Shown: one piece after another, positions 58,636 through 64,000 of the stretch | Position numbering within the stretch: the first letter of the stretch is position 1 | Layout: each line of letters starts with the position of its first letter | Source: Galeopterus variegatus | Taxonomy: Eukaryota | Direction of reading: 5' to 3' | NCBI RefSeq assembly: GCF_000696425.1 | Contig: NW_007726576.1 | Location: forward strand, 538,522 to 602,521 | DNA length: 64,000 nt | The notes under the pieces: model-generated | Databases searched by the model: none | The model's input: only the letters and a program-made list of their open reading frames with translations | What the model was told of the DNA's origin: nothing | Program-made: the position numbers and the translations under genes

Positions 58636-58739
58636 ATCAAAGACCTGAACATAAGATGGAAAACTATAAAACTCCTAGAAGAAACAACATCGGGGAAAAC
58701 TTCTCTTCCAGGAAGAGATCCGTTGCAGGGGCAGAGTCA

Positions 58740-59720
58740 CTACATAGAACCTTCACTAGAGCAATGCAAAGCATTTCCTCTCAGAGGAAATGTGGGGTCT
58801 GAGTTGCAGCAGAAAAATGCCATCAGCACCATGCCTAATGGAGCCCTGAGAGTGGGACCACCATGGAGACCCCAGATCTATAGAGCTACCAGCATACAAC
58901 GCCAGCCTGTGAGACCTAAAGCATGGCCTCAGACCAGGAAAGCCACAGGAGTGGAGCTGCCCAAAGACTTGGGGACCCAACCCCCACACCAGCGTGCAGA
59001 GGATATGAAACATGGAGTCAAGGTACATGATTTGCCAGCTTTGCGATCTAATCCCTGCCCTGCTGAGTTTCTGACTTGCTTAGGGACCTGTCACCCCTTT
59101 GTTTTGGCCTATTTCTCTCTTTTTAGATGCGAATGTGTACCCTATGTTTGTTCCACCATTGTATCTTGGAAGTAGATAACTTGCTTTGATTTCACAGATG
59201 GAACTTTGAGACTTTGGACTTTTGAGCTGAAACAAGTTAAGACTTTGGAGATGAAATGAATGTATTTGTGTGTGAAAAGGACATGAGTTTTGGGGGACCA
59301 GAGGCAGAATGCGGTGGATTGTATGGCCCTCTATAGTCATTGAAACTTAATCCTCATTGTAACTGTTGAGGGTGGGAAATCCTATTATGGTTATTGAAAG
59401 GTGGGGCCTTAAAGAGGTGATTAGATTGTAGGACATGCAATAGTGAGTGGATTAGTAAATTGGTGATTTGATGGTGGACATGGTGTGGTTCTGAGGGCTT
59501 TAAAAGGCGGAGTGAAGAGTCAGCTCACTCTCTGCTTCTGCCATCTGCCATGTGACACCCTGCCTTGCTGTGAAGTCGTTACCTACCAATAAGGCTTGAA
59601 ATAGAGCTCCCCACACCGTCATAACTACGCTATCTGCTTCTGTAGAATTGCTTGCTTAACCTAAGTAACTCCATTTTGCCCCCGTCTGACCTGCAGACTA
59701 CCCCCCTTCTGCTTGAGAAA
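58740..59720 (+). repeat. unclassified interspersed repeat, probably MaLR/ERVL-type LTR-derived
   Basis: Contains the hallmark motif ...GGTGGGAAATCCTATTATGGTTATTGAAAGGTGGGGCCTTAAAGAGGTGATTAGATTGTAGGACATGCAATAG...CTCTCTGCTTCTGCCATCTGCCATGTGACACCCTGCCTTGCTGTGAAGTCGTTACCTACCAATAAGGC, which resembles mammalian MaLR-type LTR consensus. Class assigned from memory only. Confidence 0.35.
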
Positions 59721-62452
59721 CCATTGACCTTTTCATAGAAACAAAAAACAATTGCATAGAAACTGGAGCCATTAAGAGTGAATCATTACATGGGAACGGG
59801 AACCATACACAATGAAAACTTGTATGCTTGATCGCTCGAACGGTTCATTCTTGGCTTCTGTGACCGAGCTCCCTAGCTTGCTTTGTGCACCTGGACAAAC
59901 CCATGTGCCAATGGGATGTAGTTTTTGCCTTTAAAAACCCTACACGACCAAGGCCTGGGGCCACTCTTGGTTGCTCCTTGGGAGCCGGTTGCTGGCCAGC
60001 TGGAGTGAATAAACTGCCCTTTTCTGCACGAGCAGCGTGTAAGTGCATTTCTTGTGGGAGGGGGCCTCACAACAGGCCCTCACCAGGTGTGTTCCCTCCA
60101 CTGTGGCTTCCCGGCCTCTGACCTGTAAGCAACAAGTATTGTTTCTCTATCCATTACCCAGTTTCAGGTATTTCTATTATAAGCAACAGAAATACAAGCC
60201 CCAAACTAGAAAGGACCCCGATGCCCATCCACATGATAGAATTCCACATAATATTCACACAATAGAATTCCACACTGAGTTGGATACGAGTAACTGACAA
60301 TATGATTGAATGACAGAAACATAATGTTAAGCAAAACTTTCCAGATACAAAAGAGCACATATTGTTATGATTTCACTAATACCAAGTACAAAACAGGCAA
60401 AAGTAAACTTGGGGGAAGGGTTGGTTGGAAGGAGGCAGGAATCTTCTGCAGTGCAGGGTTCTATTTCTTGACCTGGATGCCAGTTATATATGTTTAATTT
60501 ATGAAAAAAACCATCAATCTGTATACTTACATCATATACACTCTGCTGTGTGCATGTTATACTTCAATAGAAAAGTGTTTTGACAATAGAGACAGCTACT
60601 GAGAGGTATAGAAAGATAAGGACTAAGTGCTCTCTGGATGTGAACGCTGGGATAGCACTAGACAGAAGAGCCAGGTGAGAGTACCAGTGGGCCACAGACT
60701 GCAGGATGGGATAGGAACGTGAGCCGACCTGGGAAGTCCAGAAGGGTTAAGAGTGAACCTCAGTGACAGCTGAAGGGAAGGTGACAAGGTGAGGCCGAGG
60801 GATGCCTTTTTCTTTTTTTGAGATGGGGACTGACACCAATTGCTCAGTTGCTTCTTCCCTCCCCCCAGCCTCAGGTCCAGGTACAATTCTTAGGTCTGAG
60901 GGGTCTGCAGTGTGGGCTTTATCTTTTTGTCATGCTGGGGAGGAGGGAACGAGTAGCATGGGTACCAGGAGGGTGTCATCCTTGTAAGACAGATATAATG
61001 CTGTTTATTTACAATATGGCTAAGCTGCTGCCACGAAAACACTCCAAATATACATAGCTCAAACAAGATAAACTGTGTTTCTTCCTCATTTAGCAGCCTA
61101 GAAATGAGCAGGTAGTTTGGGGGTGAGTAGGTGATTTTGTCCATTTCATCCAGGAACAGAGGTTCTTTCTACCTCGTGGCCCATAGCCCCGACTGCATAC
61201 CCTCAGCTGCAGAGTGGAATCTGACTAAAGCCCATGCGTAGGGAAAACAGAAAGATATAGTAAGATAGCAGCTTCCTTTTTTAAGGACCTGACCTGGAAG
61301 TTACAAACATCAATTCTTCTCACACCCTGTTGGCTAGAAATTAGTCTCATGGCTTACCCACAGATGCAAGGGAAGCTAGGATGGCTGCCAGAATCAGATC
61401 CTGTGAACTGATACAGAAGGACAAGCAGCAATCTTTGCTTCACAACCAACCACAGCAATATCTTTCCAGAGCTGAGACATGTCGTGGCATGTAGGACGAG
61501 TATCTGGCAGATACAAATGATATTAGCAAATCAGTTGTTGACAGCTGGTGTCCCTTCTGATTGGGCCAACATCCGTCTAACTGGTCAGGCCTATGCTGCA
61601 AATATTGCAAGACATCTCAACTATCCCCCTGCCTCACCCCTGTCTAGCATGGCAGAAGCAGATTTGTCTTGTTTATTTTTCCTGATGGCTATGATAATCT
61701 AAAATAGGGAGGTCTTCTTCTTTGGGTTTATTTCTTCATAAGACCCAGGCAGAGTTCTCTTAGTTTGTCTTTCTTCATTTTATCATCACTACAAACAGAA
61801 CTTTTAAAAAGGTTACTAGAGATGGCCCAGGAAATTAGGCTAGGCCATACCACAGGATACTGGAGGTCACTGAAGGCAGGACGAGAAGTAGATAGGAAAA
61901 CCCTGGGCCATGTGACTGAGGGGAGGTCCTGGCGTTTGGTGAATGGCAGCGATGAGAACAGGTAGGGTACGGCCTCACACCTTTCACAAAACACAACTCC
62001 AAATGCATCACAGACTTAATCATAAAATGCAAAACTAGAAAACTTCTAGAAGATAATGTAGCACAAAATCTAGATGATCTTGGGTTTGGCAATGAGTTTT
62101 TAGATGTAACATCAAAAGCCAGATCCAGGAAAGGATTCTTAGGCCACCTAGTTTCTCTAAGCAACAAGAAATGTATGCAGGGCTCTGCAGACCCAGGAGC
62201 CACACACACTAAGCACACAAGGGCCACGGTCTGGGAATGCTGACAGAGCCCACGACCTGGCTTCTTGCCAGCTTGCTCAGTCTGGCTGGTCTGGCTCTCC
62301 ACTGGACTCCTGAACAGAAGGAAACAAGCCTCCAGGACCATCCAGAGGTGTCTCTCATCATCTTAAAACACTGAAACACAGAAAAGTCTGCAAGATTGTA
62401 ATTTTGATTTTATTATTCCTTGTGAGCTGATTAATCAATTCTGCTTCCAATT

Positions 62453-62517
62453 ACTTTTTTTGGTGGCTGGCTGGTATGGGGATCTGCACTGTAACCAACT
62501 GAGTTAACCGGCCAGCC
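62453..62517 (-). mobile_element. t-SINE monomer with internal deletion
   Basis: TTTTTTTGGTGGCTGGCTGGTATGGGGATCTGCACTGTAACCAACTGAGTTAACCGGCCAGCCC. Confidence 0.65.
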
Positions 62518-63591
62518 CTCATTTACTTTATTTTAAAGGGACTGATTGCTACACTGAATAAAATCATAATTAAATTACATTATGGGTCCTATTAATATTT
62601 GATTATTTTCTACATAGAAACATGAGAAAAGTTTAAAATACAATTTCATTTGATTCAGCCTTGACTGTAATTGAGAACTCTGTAAAGAGGAGAAGCGGTG
62701 TCTATGGGTTGACTTCCCAGCAGCTGCTTAGTGGCAGAGTCCCAGTCTTTACCCAGCTCGAGCCGCTGGCAGACAGAAGGATACTGTGCTTCAGTTCTTC
62801 TCACCCATTCACTTGCTTTCTTTATTTCCTCAAAAGCCCAGGGAATGTTCCTAGATTTAAAAAATAAATATTTTCATTGGTTTCAGACTATAATTACACG
62901 TGAAATGAAATGTGGTACTAAATCTATCACATATCACACAGACTGATTTTATCAAAAATTAAGATATTTAATAAATATCTTGACATCCATGAATGCTCTT
63001 CTACCAGTCTGACGTGGAGCTTTGCTTATTCCATACATGTCGAGCGCCCTTCCGCTTGCCCTGTGCTTCACAGGCTGCCCTGCAGCTCCAGGACAACTTG
63101 GGCTTCTTCTAGTCTCTGTGTATTTGTTTATGTTAGCCCTTTCCACTCTCCTCCATATAAATCCTATCCATCTTCAAGCACAAACTTGAGTATTAATTTA
63201 CAATCCAGGCTTCTGTTTCCCTCTCCTTTCCACTACCGGGAATTCTCACCCTGGTTAGTTCCTTGCAGAATACCTGAGAGTCACCCATGAAACGGGCATA
63301 TACTTAATTGTGTCACATAAACCAGGAACAACTTACTAGTAAAATGTGCATAACATAAAAACTTCAAGTTTGTATCCACAAAATGATGTCGAATATTCAA
63401 GACTATTCGAGACTCAGAAAATTCTGAGATTTTTCATTGATATTAATTAGCTACCCCATTAGTTTTGTCACCTGCTAGAACTAGTTATTGAACAACTGGC
63501 AGCATACGACAAAGCTTTTAGGGGCATTTTGGGAGGGAAGGACAACATTATGAAAATTCTCTTCATCTTCCTGATCTTTTTCTTACTTTCA

Positions 63592-63685
63592 TTTTTTGGC
63601 GGCTGGCCGGTACAGGGATTGAACCCTGGACCTTGGCGTTATCAGCACCACGCTCTAACCAACTCAGCTCACTGGCCGTCCATGC
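63592..63685 (-). mobile_element. t-SINE monomer
   Basis: rc of GGACGGCCAGTGAGCTGAGTTGGTTAGAGCGTGGTGCTGATAACGCCAAGGTCCAGGGTTCAATCCCTGTACCGGCCAGCCGCCAAAAAATG. Confidence 0.75.
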
Positions 63686-64000
63686 CAGATCTTCCTGTGA
63701 ACTGGGAAAGAACCTCAGTACAGCGTGGTTGCTGGGAGCGGGGTCCCAGTCCCCGCTCTGCAATCACCAGTGTTGGCTGTGATATTGTGCAACTCTCATT
63801 CAACACTGGAAGTCTGTTTCCTCAATTATGATAATAATATGAGGTCTATGGGTTTATTGTGGGGATTAACGAACTCATGAATTTAACATGCTTACCAGTC
63901 CCTGGCACAGAGCAGGCACTCAGTAAACGTCAGGAGAATATTGTGATGAGATGAACACACTAAATGGTGAGCAGTCCCAAAGCGGTTAAAATACTCATGT

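Larger units (their letters stand above)
56295..58700 (+). mobile_element. LINE-1 fragment (ORF2 RT domain to C-terminus), upstream of MPHOSPH8, interrupted by t-SINEs
   Basis: Strong collinear L1 ORF2 similarity: ...AAGACCAGATGGCTTCACTGGGGAATTCTACCAAATATTTAAAGAAGAACTG..., ...CAGTTGATGCAGAAATGCATTTGACAAAGTTCAACACCCTTTCATGATAAAAACATTCAGCAGG..., ...TATGCTACATAGTACTGTAAGTCCTAGCCAGAGCAATTAGGCAAGAAAAAGAAATAAAAGCCATCCAAGTTGGAAAGGAAGAAGTGAAATTATCTCTATTAGCAGGTGACATGATCTTATA..., ...GGTGATAAGAAAACGGGATATCC.... Confidence 0.8.

Noticed and set aside
52200-58700. Idea that one L1 element was split by insertion of the promoter-containing 2.1 kb
   Set aside because: The two L1 fragments overlap by about 200 bp in L1 coordinates. 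A conserved CpG-island promoter cannot be a secondary insertion. They are better explained as two separate L1 fragments (kept as a low-interest finding).
58723-59175. 150-aa plus-strand ORF
   Set aside because: Falls inside an interspersed repeat (MaLR/LTR-like by motif) and has no recognisable coding features. Likely a chance ORF.
61835-62341. 168-aa minus-strand ORF
   Set aside because: No recognisable domain or splice context, overlaps other-strand ORFs. Region is upstream of the MPHOSPH8 promoter. Kept as non-coding.
1-64000. The prompt's expectation of a novel (e.g. prokaryotic defence or operon-like) system
   Set aside because: The sequence is mammalian: spliced multi-exon gene with GT-AG introns, CpG-island promoter, L1, MIR, Tigger and tRNA-derived SINEs with poly-A tails and TSDs. 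There are no prokaryotic gene arrangements, CRISPR repeats or dense ORF clusters.

Overview
This window is mammalian nuclear DNA, not prokaryotic. It carries a complete orthologue of MPHOSPH8 (M-phase phosphoprotein 8 / MPP8, the HUSH-complex chromodomain and ankyrin-repeat protein) on the minus strand: 14 coding exons from the ATG at 55793 to the stop at 11764, with GT-AG introns throughout. Exon phases are consistent, and the CDS totals 2580 nt (859 codons plus stop; human MPP8 is 860 aa as I recall it). Exon 1 lies in a roughly 1 kb CpG island at about 55100-56120. Intergenic and intronic sequence is full of interspersed repeats. At least 38 tRNA(Ile)-derived t-SINEs lacking any tRNA-unrelated region occur as monomers, dimers and trimers; several are clearly young, with long pure A tails and perfect 9-17 bp target-site duplications. 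There are also three old L1 ORF2 fragments on the plus strand, a Tigger1-like pogo DNA transposon remnant, MIR and related ancient SINEs, a MaLR-like LTR, and several local tandem duplications. The monomer/dimer/trimer t-SINE architecture is that described for colugos (Dermoptera, CYN family), so the source is probably Galeopterus or Cynocephalus; this is an inference. I found no CRISPR array, operon or defence island, and no undescribed biological system. The points most worth a second look are structural oddities of the mobile-element insertions and some lineage-specific features of the MPHOSPH8 gene.
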